Shown piece after piece: positions 25,838 to 36,065 of a stretch of DNA of 64,000 bases. The stretch is taken from positions 1 to 64,000 of the IMG/VR virus record IMGVR_UViG_3300005573_000072; one strand, given 5' to 3'. The notes under the pieces are model-generated. The model ran no database searches, was not told the origin of the DNA, and worked only from the letters and a program-made list of their open reading frames with translations. Within the stretch, counting starts at the first letter, position 1; each line of letters opens with the position of its first letter. The position numbers were made by a program, and so were the translations under genes. Source of the stretch: a virus.

Positions 25838-26363
25838 TTTCCCACTCCTTTAAGATTTCTTCGTGTGTCAAAAACATTTTTTTCAATAACCTACGGCCCC
25901 TTTTTGACAACCACAAATCATTTATAAGGCTATACAGATGATCCTTTCTATTCTCCAAAACTTTGTCATACATAAAACCATATTTAGTATCATGCTTTTG
26001 CCTATTGCATAACTTGCAAGAAGTAAATAAATTATATAGGTTGTCAATAATTTCACCACCATGACGTAAAGCCTCATTAACAGCCAAAAAGTGATCAATT
26101 TCAAAATCAAAGTCTGATAATTCGCTCCCACAATAAATACACTTATCTTGATCCAGTTTTTTAATTATAATACGTCTTAATCCTCTGGACAATATATTCC
26201 GAGAGCGCTTTTTTGCCCTTAACTTAACACGAGAGTCCAAATCTGCATAAACATGGTGTATATCCCATATATTAAGAAATGCAAATAATAAATCTCTACG
26301 GGGTAGAGCTTGGAACATTAAATCAATAACATGTTCCACCTCATCAGCTTTCGGACGAAACAT
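25731..26363 (-). CDS. HNH endonuclease-domain protein
   Basis: CIYCG...IDH...NL..SCKLCN..K. Confidence 0.85.
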   Translation of the reverse strand: MFRPKADEVEHVIDLMFQALPRRDLLFAFLNIWDIHHVYADLDSRVKLRAKKRSRNILSRGLRRIIIKKLDQDKCIYCGSELSDFDFEIDHFLAVNEALRHGGEIIDNLYNLFTSCKLCNRQKHDTKYGFMYDKVLENRKDHLYSLINDLWLSKRGRRLLKKMFLTHEEILKEWENECASEENEEGISEDEAMGSSGNMARTDAKPDESN

Positions 26364-26592
26364 CTTTGTCTTCCGCCCCTTCCTCCTTATCTTTTTTCAT
26401 TATTTCTTCATTTTCTTCTAGTTCTTCATCAGCATCAACTTCAACTTCCCCTAATATTTCTTGAATAATACGGTATAAATCTTCAATGCCCCAACGCTGA
26501 ATAAAAGCCTCAAAAACGATACTATCACCAGCATATTCGCACAATAACTCTATCATCCTAAATGCATATTCTTCAGGATTCAACAGTTCCAT
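26344..26592 (-). CDS. Acidic hypothetical protein
   Basis: AAGGAG RBS; tightly packed in the operon. Confidence 0.6.
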   Translation of the reverse strand: MELLNPEEYAFRMIELLCEYAGDSIVFEAFIQRWGIEDLYRIIQEILGEVEVDADEELEENEEIMKKDKEEGAEDKDVSSES

Positions 26593-27250
26593 TTACGTCA
26601 CTCCTTATTTTATCTATAAGATTTCGCAATTCATTAGTAGTCATCGTAGCAGGATTTTTCTTTATCCCCAATCCAACCAAATATTGCTTCAAATCTTTAG
26701 CCGTCCATCCTATTTCATTTACAAGTTTCTGCAAAGAAGACAATAAATCCACTTCCTCCTCAAGAGATTCATAACCATTATTGGGAAATTCGATATCAGC
26801 GTTCAAATCGTGTAAGCCAAGCCACATAAGCACGGCTCTAACTGCAGCTCTTTTATAGGCCATTTCAGGAAGATAATTCTTCAATAAATCAACATTATCA
26901 GGAGAAGCAGAACCTATTGCCTCAACTTCCCGCGTGTAATCCTTATCTGAAACCTTTACTCCGCAAACAACCCTTAATCCTCTTGGGTTAGAAGCACCAA
27001 ACTTTTCCTGTTGTTTTTTGCCATAAAACATTGCATCATCATAAACCTTAAAAAAGGTAACGGTATAATTAGTTATTCCTGCCATATCAGCCAATCTATA
27101 AGCTTCTTCTTTTTCAATCGCAGGTTTGTCTCTTCCTAAATCAGAAGAATAATACACTTTATACTTTTCTTTTCTTCCATCAGGAAATATATATTCCCTC
27201 TCTTCGTACTTTATCTTTGCTTCCCTACTTTTTCCAGACTTTTTATCCAT
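26573..27250 (-). CDS. Putative ssDNA-annealing (Rad52/Sak-like) protein
   Basis: G.AS..N...EMAYKRAAVRAV...LG motif; first gene of the replication operon. Confidence 0.45.
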   Translation of the reverse strand: MDKKSGKSREAKIKYEEREYIFPDGRKEKYKVYYSSDLGRDKPAIEKEEAYRLADMAGITNYTVTFFKVYDDAMFYGKKQQEKFGASNPRGLRVVCGVKVSDKDYTREVEAIGSASPDNVDLLKNYLPEMAYKRAAVRAVLMWLGLHDLNADIEFPNNGYESLEEEVDLLSSLQKLVNEIGWTAKDLKQYLVGLGIKKNPATMTTNELRNLIDKIRSDVNGTVES

Positions 27251-27282
27251 CTCCTTACCTCCTAAACCGAAATTATATTTCT

Positions 27283-27311
27283 AATTAACAACATGGGAAT
27301 GCCCGTGTCAA
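27283..27311 (-). promoter_or_regulatory. Putative promoter of the replication block
   Basis: TTGACA followed after 16-17 bp by a GTTAAT/TTAATT -10, upstream of AGGAGG RBS. Confidence 0.55.
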
Positions 27312-27326
27312 TATAAACTGTAATAG

Positions 27327-27638
27327 CTATTTAATCTTGCCTTCTAAATCCTTTATTTTTTTCTCCAATACAGTAACTTTATTTAATAAAGAATTAATAT
27401 CCATAATAGGTTTGGGGACAACTTCATCATCTTCTGGCAATAAATATATTACCCCACAGTCCAAACTATTATTCCTCTCGTAATCAATACAAAATGTATG
27501 TACCTCCTCAACAGAAGTAGTTTTACATAATAAATTCTTTTTGGAAACAATATGATTACAAGGGTCATCATCAACATATTCCAAATATATTTCATATTCA
27601 TTATTTTCATTTTTAATAACATACAAACCTCTCAACAT
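27327..27638 (-). CDS. Hypothetical protein at end of the tail module
   Basis: AAGGAGG RBS; C-terminal coiled coil. Confidence 0.65.
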   Translation of the reverse strand: MLRGLYVIKNENNEYEIYLEYVDDDPCNHIVSKKNLLCKTTSVEEVHTFCIDYERNNSLDCGVIYLLPEDDEVVPKPIMDINSLLNKVTVLEKKIKDLEGKIK

Positions 27639-27651
27639 TTAATCCACCTCC

Positions 27652-30600
27652 TTATACACGACCCAAATCAATAATTTTAATATTATGCCTATAAATTGTA
27701 ACCTGAGAACCTGATACCGAACTCTTATAATAGAGATATATAGTTGTAGAGCTACCAGCAGTCACTTGTGCATAACTAAATATAGGCACAGTTTCAGCAT
27801 AAGACCCACATTGATATGCTCGCTCGCTATCATTATCAAACAAATTTGATGTTGAAGTTCCCAACGCAAGTGTAATTAATCTATCTGTTCCACCAGACCA
27901 AATTGTTGCATATCCAATAATTAAAAGAGCTGCTGTGCCTGATCCCGATGGACTAACTGAAAAACTTGCCCGGCTAACCCATGTATTATTAGTAGTGCTT
28001 GAAGGAGAAGAACTAAAACCTCCACCTATACTTAAATCAGTTAAAGCTTGGCGGGTAACACTTTTTTCGAGAGTATGAGTATATCTTGTATCTGTTTGTG
28101 TTACATATTTATTTGTGCTACCTGGTGTTCCATAACTTCCAGCTAATGCAGCTTTTTCTCCTGAACTTGGAATATAAGTCTTTGTTGTGGCATCAATATG
28201 TGGTGCACCAACAAAATTATCATGAGTAGTTGAATCAGCTGAACTCCTTCTGAGAGATGAAAAATAAACAAGGTCTGAACCACCATCATGATGGGTAGAA
28301 GCATGGGCTAATGGTGTTCTCGCATTTGACAAACGATAATCCGAATCAGTTACATATTTATTTGTTGAACTGGGTATTCCACTTGTGCCCACCAATGCTG
28401 CTTTTTGATCTGCGGTTGGAATATAAGTTTTTGTTGTTGCATCAATATGCGGTGCATCAACAAAATTATCATGAGTAGTCGAATCAATTGAGCTTCTTTT
28501 TAGAGAAGCAAAATAAATTTGATCAGAACCACTGGCATGATGAGTATAAGCATGGGCTAGGGGTGTTCGAGCATCACTTAACCGAGAATCATTAGTCAAA
28601 ACCACATTATAATAAGTATCATTATCAGGTAATTTAACTTTTATTGATCCATTAAGGAAATAAAAATCTCCGCTGACATAAAATGGTTTTTCTGAAGTAC
28701 CAATATCAGATATTCTGTTATAATAACTATCACATACAATATCTATATAAGAACCCGATTTTTGAACTCTGCCAATATAAGCATATTTTTCGGACGAAAG
28801 TTGAGAAGAACTTTTATAAAATTTATAATTATAACCAAATAATCTATCATCTTCCTTATCTGTTACTGTAACATATAAATAATTTGTGCCATCATCAAAG
28901 AAATCAGCTGTTAGTGTTGCACCAGAAGGAATATAAATCAGTTCTCCATCCGCATAATAAAACGAATTATTAAAAACCAACATTGTCCCGCCAGGATTAT
29001 TATCTATTGTAATACTATATGTACTACTTTGGCTACTTTCTTCAGCAGGACTATTATAGTAAGAACTCAACTTATAATAATATGTTCGAGGGTTTGCTGA
29101 AGTACCTGCTAACCCTGATTCTTGGTAGTTTCGATTTGTGGTTTCCCCAACTTTTACAAACGGACCATTAGAAGACTGAGCGCAATAAATATAATACTTA
29201 TCAGGCCCAGACGGTGCATTAGGAGGTATCCATTGACCAGGATCAGAAAACGTGCCACTGCTATTACCGATTTTTACCACACCAGGTGCAGAGTTATCCT
29301 TGAAAAGACCAATGCTTGAAGGAGGGCTAGCGGTCACACTACAAGATGTCGTGGAAGAATAATTAGAAGATTCATCATTATAAACAGCTTTAACACAGAA
29401 AGTATATAATCCACTTAATATATTGGAATACTCAAAAGACGTAGATGAACTATTACCAATTAATGTATATTGACCACCAACATAGCGATAGACTTCATAT
29501 GTAGTGGGGGTAGGATTACAAGCATTCCACGAAATTATCGCTTTTCGTTCCTGGCCTGTGGCATCAACATTAGCTGGTGGATTACAAGTTACAGTGCATG
29601 AATAATAGCTCGAATATTCTGACCAACCACCATAATCGGAATAATATGCCTGCACAGCGGCATAATAAGTGCCAGATTTTATATTAGAAATTGTAATTGA
29701 AGTATTTGAAATATTATTTGTTTCCGTTGGATTTTCTCCACTCCTGTAATATCTTACCTTATAATAACTAGCTCCGGACATACTATTCCACTTTACTGTG
29801 AATTGCCTATTACCACCTATCACTTGAATACCTGTTGGAATATTTTTAACATAAGCATTTTGAGCATTAGAATATTCGGAATTACCTAATGTGCCATAAT
29901 TAGCACATACTTGTACAGTATATTGTCCAGAAACCAAATTAGTAATAGTAATATATGTATTTGTCGTATAGGTAGTTTGTGGACTCCCACCATCTTTTTG
30001 ATATTTAACATAATAACCAGAGGCATCACTACAAGCAGACCAAGATACAGAAATACTATTACTTCCGCCCGTCACAGATAAATTTTGTGGAATATTTAAT
30101 ACATCTGCGCTAACTTGGGAAGAATAATCAGAATAACCAAAAGAAGCACCATAATATGCACAAACCTGTGCGTAGTATGTACCTGTTGTTAAACCAGAAG
30201 GTGAATAATAATTAGTATTTTTGTTATTTATATCAACGGTGATTTTATTATTTGGGTCTTTCCAATATATTACCCTATAACCATCGGCTTCATTAACTAC
30301 ATTCCATGACAAGTAGAAAGAATCATTTCCTCCCGTCATGCTAACTCCCGTTGGAATATTTTTTATTGTCACACTTATAGATTTATAATTCTGGGAATAA
30401 ATTACAGTATTATCTAGTCTTTTATATTTAGTATATAATCTATATTCTTTTGTTGTTTTATTTGTCTGAGTTATATAGGTATGAATCGTAGAATTATAAT
30501 TACCGCTTATATTATCCTTTATTATATTACCAGCTGAATCTTTTATAGTAAAACATGTAAAACGACGTGCAGTAGAACTAATACTATCATACCAATATAA

Positions 30601-31149
30601 ATGTGCTGTTGAATTCGCAGATTGTTCACCAGATAAATTACCACTTATGTTTTCTGCTTGATAAACATATATAGATGGGGTATACATAATATTATCTTCT
30701 GTTCTAATTCTTACATAATGGTCAGTTGAAGTTTCACTTAAAAAACCCCCATAAGAACCTATTGTCGACCAATAAACCGGAGGAATAGAGATATAAAAAA
30801 CTACAAAAGAACCCGATACAACCGAACCTTGAACCGTTTGTGCTTCCCCAACAGGCGCATTATTCCATGTAGCGGTAGCTTCACTCCAACTTCCATTCAT
30901 CTTCCCAACATAAAGAATTGGCGAATAGGAACTACATTCACCATTATATAAATTAGCAACATATACAACATCAACAGTATAAGAATCATAAGTAAAATCT
31001 GTTGTAGGTTTAAATAAATAACGAAATCTATAATAATTACCATTCACATAATAATACCCAGCTAACGCTTCTTCATATCCATTAAAATTAGAATCTGGTG
31101 CATAATCTGTAATACCTACATCCATTGTTATATTATATTCCGTAACCAA
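27652..31149 (-). CDS. Tail fibre protein (DNRLRE-like N-domain, FN3 repeats, duplicated 83-aa fibre segment)
   Basis: W.E...TWNNAP, several P..V...SW....Y.V.Y FN3 units, and RLS.ARTP.AH..TH repeats. Confidence 0.75.
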   Translation of the reverse strand: MVTEYNITMDVGITDYAPDSNFNGYEEALAGYYYVNGNYYRFRYLFKPTTDFTYDSYTVDVVYVANLYNGECSSYSPILYVGKMNGSWSEATATWNNAPVGEAQTVQGSVVSGSFVVFYISIPPVYWSTIGSYGGFLSETSTDHYVRIRTEDNIMYTPSIYVYQAENISGNLSGEQSANSTAHLYWYDSISSTARRFTCFTIKDSAGNIIKDNISGNYNSTIHTYITQTNKTTKEYRLYTKYKRLDNTVIYSQNYKSISVTIKNIPTGVSMTGGNDSFYLSWNVVNEADGYRVIYWKDPNNKITVDINNKNTNYYSPSGLTTGTYYAQVCAYYGASFGYSDYSSQVSADVLNIPQNLSVTGGSNSISVSWSACSDASGYYVKYQKDGGSPQTTYTTNTYITITNLVSGQYTVQVCANYGTLGNSEYSNAQNAYVKNIPTGIQVIGGNRQFTVKWNSMSGASYYKVRYYRSGENPTETNNISNTSITISNIKSGTYYAAVQAYYSDYGGWSEYSSYYSCTVTCNPPANVDATGQERKAIISWNACNPTPTTYEVYRYVGGQYTLIGNSSSTSFEYSNILSGLYTFCVKAVYNDESSNYSSTTSCSVTASPPSSIGLFKDNSAPGVVKIGNSSGTFSDPGQWIPPNAPSGPDKYYIYCAQSSNGPFVKVGETTNRNYQESGLAGTSANPRTYYYKLSSYYNSPAEESSQSSTYSITIDNNPGGTMLVFNNSFYYADGELIYIPSGATLTADFFDDGTNYLYVTVTDKEDDRLFGYNYKFYKSSSQLSSEKYAYIGRVQKSGSYIDIVCDSYYNRISDIGTSEKPFYVSGDFYFLNGSIKVKLPDNDTYYNVVLTNDSRLSDARTPLAHAYTHHASGSDQIYFASLKRSSIDSTTHDNFVDAPHIDATTKTYIPTADQKAALVGTSGIPSSTNKYVTDSDYRLSNARTPLAHASTHHDGGSDLVYFSSLRRSSADSTTHDNFVGAPHIDATTKTYIPSSGEKAALAGSYGTPGSTNKYVTQTDTRYTHTLEKSVTRQALTDLSIGGGFSSSPSSTTNNTWVSRASFSVSPSGSGTAALLIIGYATIWSGGTDRLITLALGTSTSNLFDNDSERAYQCGSYAETVPIFSYAQVTAGSSTTIYLYYKSSVSGSQVTIYRHNIKIIDLGRV

Positions 31150-31169
31150 CTATATCACCTCCAAAATAT

Positions 31170-34100
31170 TTATTGAATCACCGGGTTATTCCCATAAAGT
31201 TTAAATCCTAAAGGAAACATATATGAAATTAATAACTTATTATTTGTATTTAATGTTGCCACAAAATCAGCATAAGAAGATTTATAAAGCGATGCCTTTT
31301 GATTACGTTCTAATACAACATTATCCAAACTTATTGTATAATTATTAGAAATATCATTTGCTCTTGTCAATACAAAACCAACATAAATATAAGTTGCATT
31401 TTCAACTGAAATATTTTCTAAAACATCCCTCTTCCACATTTTAGAGGAAGTAGGTGTTACAGTCAATTGCTTTAATATTACATCATTCTGAAACTCCGAC
31501 AAAGAAGGGAACAATGAATGAGAAGAACCCTTAACATAAACATTAAATACTATATTATTGCTTGAATCAATATAATCACGATAAAAAGACATTGAATATA
31601 GGGAATTGGAATCCACTAAAACTTTATTTGATACCATAACCACCGAAGAACCACTACTTCCATTCATTCTGAAAGTTAAATAATTACCACCCCAAAGATT
31701 AAATTGGGGTGAACTATGTTTTTCAATCCAATACCTATCAATTGAGCCCATAACAGACCAACCCCACAAATGGGGATTAATTAATGTACTTTTATCACCA
31801 GATACAGAATAATCAAATAACTCAAACGATCCATTTGTTAATAGATTATCAGATAATGTTACCTGATCTAATAAATCAATATTATTATTATCTGTCATAA
31901 TATAAATAGTGCCTCGTTCAATGGTAATACCTTCAGCATTTATAATCGTCCTAGAACCTCCGCTGTGGTTAACTACAATTCCCGTTGGATCAACAAAAAC
32001 CGTACCTACATCATAGGTAGCCTTAAAATCTGTCGCTTGATTACCTTCTTCTAGCTGAAATGCATCAAATCTAACTGTCGCACCAGAAGGTTGTGTAGTA
32101 TTAGTTTGCCGGAATCTTATACGAATAGATTTTGTTTCTTCTTTTGGGATAAAAGTATATATATGTCTATTATAAGAATTTGTTAATATGCCGAATGAAG
32201 AACAAACTGTATCTGTTCTGATTGGATTACTACCACTACTATATTCATTCAAATAAACATCTATTTTCGATCCTGATGTCCCAGCATAATAGAATGAAAA
32301 TGTATATGGTATCTCTCCATTACTGATTATATCAATATAATCTGACCAAATTTCTCCATTATAAGGAGATGTTCCACTTGCTACTAACTCAATATATCTT
32401 CTACCATATTTGGCAAAAGATGGGTTATCACCATAAACAAAAGTACCTACTGAACCACCTGATACTGACCAACATTCAGGATATTGATTTTCAAATAATG
32501 CATCTGGCACTTCAAAAGATGGATTTTTAACTCTGTTTATAAAATATCCTTTCCCAGCTACTTTCAACAAAGATAAATCAATAGTTCCTGTCTTTATATA
32601 GCCACCATCTATAACGGTTTCTCCTTCTTCTTCAGAAAAGAAACTATTCAACGAACGAGCTGTACCAGAAGAACGAACATATATTTTTCCATCTTCGATT
32701 ACAGTTCCACCATCACCAAAAACAGTAATATAACCTTTTTCAAATATAGCACCATCACTTGTTAGCTTAAATCCACCACCTGTTTTATCATTATAAAGCT
32801 GTATACCTTTTGCAAGATTGATGATTCCTGCATCAATTTCATCTGCAACAAAGAATGTTGATGCTTTTAATTCAGAAATATAATTTCCACTCGACCAAGC
32901 ATAAGAACCACTCGGAAAATAGAACCGTAATTTTTTCACTTCTCGTTGATAAGGCCATTTAAAAGTAATCAATTGTGACCCACTCACAGGTAGCATGTTC
33001 GCATATGCTTCTTGTACAGAAGGACATTCATTTAAAAATTCTCCTCCGGCCAAATAAACCCAATCTTCATCTTCGTCCTTTTTATAAGCCCAATACATAT
33101 AATAATTTGTTCCACCAGAATATATATAAACCGAAGATTTATTAACTACATGTGTGACAGGAAATTCGATTTCAATAAATTGTTCTGTACTAGCACCACT
33201 ACCAAAGTATGCGGGCAAATCATATTTCCCATCGTATAATCGTTTTATGTCATTTATTCCTAAACCATTTACATTTGTTTCTGCATATGAAGCACTGACC
33301 TTTAATTGGAAAATTTCTCCAGCTAATTCATCGGTGGTTATATAATCCGATGATACATAGGCAGAATCAGAAATATAACCACTTGGAGAATACTGATTAA
33401 ATATGTCCTTGAACCTTAAACGATAATAATATTCTTTATCAGTCTCTAAACCTTCATGGACAAAGAAATTGTTTGTGATAGTAGCCAATAATTCAGGATT
33501 AGAAAAATCACCCGAAGTAGAATACCAAACCTCAACATCAGTAACATCTTTCATTGTTATATCATTTCTTGCTCGATATATCTCTTCTGGTGAATCCCAT
33601 TTTACAAATACTTTCTTAAAAGCTGGTATCACAATTGGCTTTGGAGGTTTATCAAAAGGAGAATTTTGACCTTCAAAAGGATATTTATTTCTCGCTGTCA
33701 CCTCTGCAGGAGAAGCAGATTTCTGGCCTAATGCATCTACTGCATAAACCTTGAAATTAACTTGAGGAACCTTTGTTGTATTATTTTCATATAAATAAGA
33801 AAATCGATTGTTACTAACAAGATAAGAACCACTTGATGAACCGCTCGGAGTTACAATAACTTCATACCCAACAATATCATAACAAATATTCTGTTGGCTA
33901 TCTTTTGTGACAACATCCCACCAAATAAAAGCATCTTTCGTAGAAAAATCATAATTTAGGTTTGTGACATTCGCTGGTGGGTAATTAGTAATTGTAGTTT
34001 CAGTATAATTTCCAGTTTGGTTTAATTTATCTAATGCCGTTACCTTCAATGTTATTGTCGAAGCAGCACTTCCATTATCTTTAATATTATCACTCAAAGA

Positions 34101-36065
34101 ATAAGTATAAGAAGTGCCTTTTGTAAGAAATTCACGTTTCTTATTTCCCCCAATCCAAATTTCAACTTTATAACCATCTAAATCATAACATGTATTACCT
34201 TGGTTATCTGTTGTAACTGCGTTCCAGTTTGCGACCACATTTTCGGATTTAAAATCTGCCGTTAATCCTGTAACTTGTGCCGGAGGATAATTTGTGGCAA
34301 CTAATTCTTGATATCCTCCAAGTTGATTCAATGTATCAATTGCTCTTACTCTAATCGTTACTTGACTAGCCGGTGTAGTATTATCTTTTATATTATCGTT
34401 CAAAGTATAAGTATATGACGTATCTTTTACTATCGCTTCCCTTTTCTTATTTCCGCCTACATATACTTCAACTTTATACCCAGCTATATCATAAACAGTA
34501 TTATTCTGTGTATCTTTTGTTACTGCAGTCCATGTAGCCAGTAAATCCTCTGATTTAAAATTCAAAGCTAAGTCTGTTACAGTAGCAGGTGCATAATTAG
34601 TTAAAGTTACAGTACTTGCTGGGCTTTCCAAACCCTCCGCATCTCTTGCATATACTTTTATTTTAACTATATTTATAGGAGTTGTATTATCCGCAATATT
34701 TTTTTCTAATGTATAAACATATGAAGTAGAATTTACATATTCCGTTCTCTTTAACTGATCTGAAGAATTATAAACTTCAACTTTATAATCTTTTGCATCA
34801 ACCAAAAGAGTTCCCACATATGACTGAACTTTAGACCAAAATACTTCAGCATTTTCAGAATTGAAATTACTTTTTGAAGTATTAATTGTAGGTGCTGGGG
34901 GTTGTTGATTATAAGGCGTGGTGATATATGCGGACTCTACCCCCGAACTTGCATTACCAACTTCATCCACAGCTTTGACCATTACTCTATATGTAGTATT
35001 TTTATTTAAATTATTTAACCTGTAAGTAAGAGTAGTCCCAGAAGGTTTATAGGAATCTAAAACAAATGCACCATAATATTTATAATCCTGCCCACTAACT
35101 TTATAAAATATATCATAATGATCAAAATCTGTGTTTTCCCATAGATAATTATCCTCGTCATATGCTGTTGTGTCTATATGATTAAATTGAGCATCGATGT
35201 AAAAATTGAATCCGTTTAATTGTACAGATACACCTGATGATACAATTAAATTCAAAGGATTTAAAGGAGGAATACTATCTAACGATTCGGGGGGTAACTC
35301 AATAATAGTTGAACCAGGAATTTCTAATGATTTTCCCCAAAAGCTCAACCCAGACCAAAAAACATAAGTATTAGGTGTATGAGATTGCATCATAAATTTA
35401 ACACGAACAAAAGTTGCATTCTGTGGAGCACGGTTTATCAAAGAAAGATTAACCCAGCCATCTTTGGGGGAAATTACTTTCTTTTCACTCTCGTTGTATT
35501 CTGTAACCAATTTATTGCCATTTCTATCATACCATTCACCACTTAACCAAACTGCCATTGTTGCACTTTCATCATCTTCATTTAAAATTTTTACCCAGCA
35601 TCCATGACGATATAATTCTCCGCTTATTACAGAAATGTAATTTATATCTTGGTATATCTCTGCATCCCAAAATTGATAGGGTAATCCTTTTATAGAATAG
35701 GGGCCTATTTTCGCATCTGTATTAAGTTCAACATCACCAATATTTGCATATTTCCAATATTTTAAGTTACCTAGAGAAAAGTTGCCATTTCGAAGTAACT
35801 CGTTCCCGCCTATTTCCGGAATCGTTTCTGGAGGAATCGAGGAACTTCCATCAGGATTAACAATAATCGAATCTCCAGGCAAAACTGGACCAGTACTAGG
35901 CATAGGAAGAATATTATAACTACCGTCTGATAAAACAACTGTCACGGTATTATTACTATTATCCACCGAAATTACATAGCCGGATTTTCTCTCTTTTTCC
36001 TTTTCTTGTTCGATTAATTTCTTAATTACATTAATTAAAGCCTTAACTTCCCTGCGTTCGTTCAT
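31170..36065 (-). CDS. Large tail fibre/host-specificity protein with carbohydrate-binding-like and Ig/FN3 repeats
   Basis: LLRNGNF, VKNPSFE and LLTNGSFE CBM-like starts. Tandem ~103-aa NYPPA.VT.L...W..VT.D repeats. IDGGYIKTGTI. QLEEG..AT. Confidence 0.75.
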   Translation of the reverse strand: MNERREVKALINVIKKLIEQEKEKERKSGYVISVDNSNNTVTVVLSDGSYNILPMPSTGPVLPGDSIIVNPDGSSSIPPETIPEIGGNELLRNGNFSLGNLKYWKYANIGDVELNTDAKIGPYSIKGLPYQFWDAEIYQDINYISVISGELYRHGCWVKILNEDDESATMAVWLSGEWYDRNGNKLVTEYNESEKKVISPKDGWVNLSLINRAPQNATFVRVKFMMQSHTPNTYVFWSGLSFWGKSLEIPGSTIIELPPESLDSIPPLNPLNLIVSSGVSVQLNGFNFYIDAQFNHIDTTAYDEDNYLWENTDFDHYDIFYKVSGQDYKYYGAFVLDSYKPSGTTLTYRLNNLNKNTTYRVMVKAVDEVGNASSGVESAYITTPYNQQPPAPTINTSKSNFNSENAEVFWSKVQSYVGTLLVDAKDYKVEVYNSSDQLKRTEYVNSTSYVYTLEKNIADNTTPINIVKIKVYARDAEGLESPASTVTLTNYAPATVTDLALNFKSEDLLATWTAVTKDTQNNTVYDIAGYKVEVYVGGNKKREAIVKDTSYTYTLNDNIKDNTTPASQVTIRVRAIDTLNQLGGYQELVATNYPPAQVTGLTADFKSENVVANWNAVTTDNQGNTCYDLDGYKVEIWIGGNKKREFLTKGTSYTYSLSDNIKDNGSAASTITLKVTALDKLNQTGNYTETTITNYPPANVTNLNYDFSTKDAFIWWDVVTKDSQQNICYDIVGYEVIVTPSGSSSGSYLVSNNRFSYLYENNTTKVPQVNFKVYAVDALGQKSASPAEVTARNKYPFEGQNSPFDKPPKPIVIPAFKKVFVKWDSPEEIYRARNDITMKDVTDVEVWYSTSGDFSNPELLATITNNFFVHEGLETDKEYYYRLRFKDIFNQYSPSGYISDSAYVSSDYITTDELAGEIFQLKVSASYAETNVNGLGINDIKRLYDGKYDLPAYFGSGASTEQFIEIEFPVTHVVNKSSVYIYSGGTNYYMYWAYKKDEDEDWVYLAGGEFLNECPSVQEAYANMLPVSGSQLITFKWPYQREVKKLRFYFPSGSYAWSSGNYISELKASTFFVADEIDAGIINLAKGIQLYNDKTGGGFKLTSDGAIFEKGYITVFGDGGTVIEDGKIYVRSSGTARSLNSFFSEEEGETVIDGGYIKTGTIDLSLLKVAGKGYFINRVKNPSFEVPDALFENQYPECWSVSGGSVGTFVYGDNPSFAKYGRRYIELVASGTSPYNGEIWSDYIDIISNGEIPYTFSFYYAGTSGSKIDVYLNEYSSGSNPIRTDTVCSSFGILTNSYNRHIYTFIPKEETKSIRIRFRQTNTTQPSGATVRFDAFQLEEGNQATDFKATYDVGTVFVDPTGIVVNHSGGSRTIINAEGITIERGTIYIMTDNNNIDLLDQVTLSDNLLTNGSFELFDYSVSGDKSTLINPHLWGWSVMGSIDRYWIEKHSSPQFNLWGGNYLTFRMNGSSGSSVVMVSNKVLVDSNSLYSMSFYRDYIDSSNNIVFNVYVKGSSHSLFPSLSEFQNDVILKQLTVTPTSSKMWKRDVLENISVENATYIYVGFVLTRANDISNNYTISLDNVVLERNQKASLYKSSYADFVATLNTNNKLLISYMFPLGFKLYGNNPVIQ

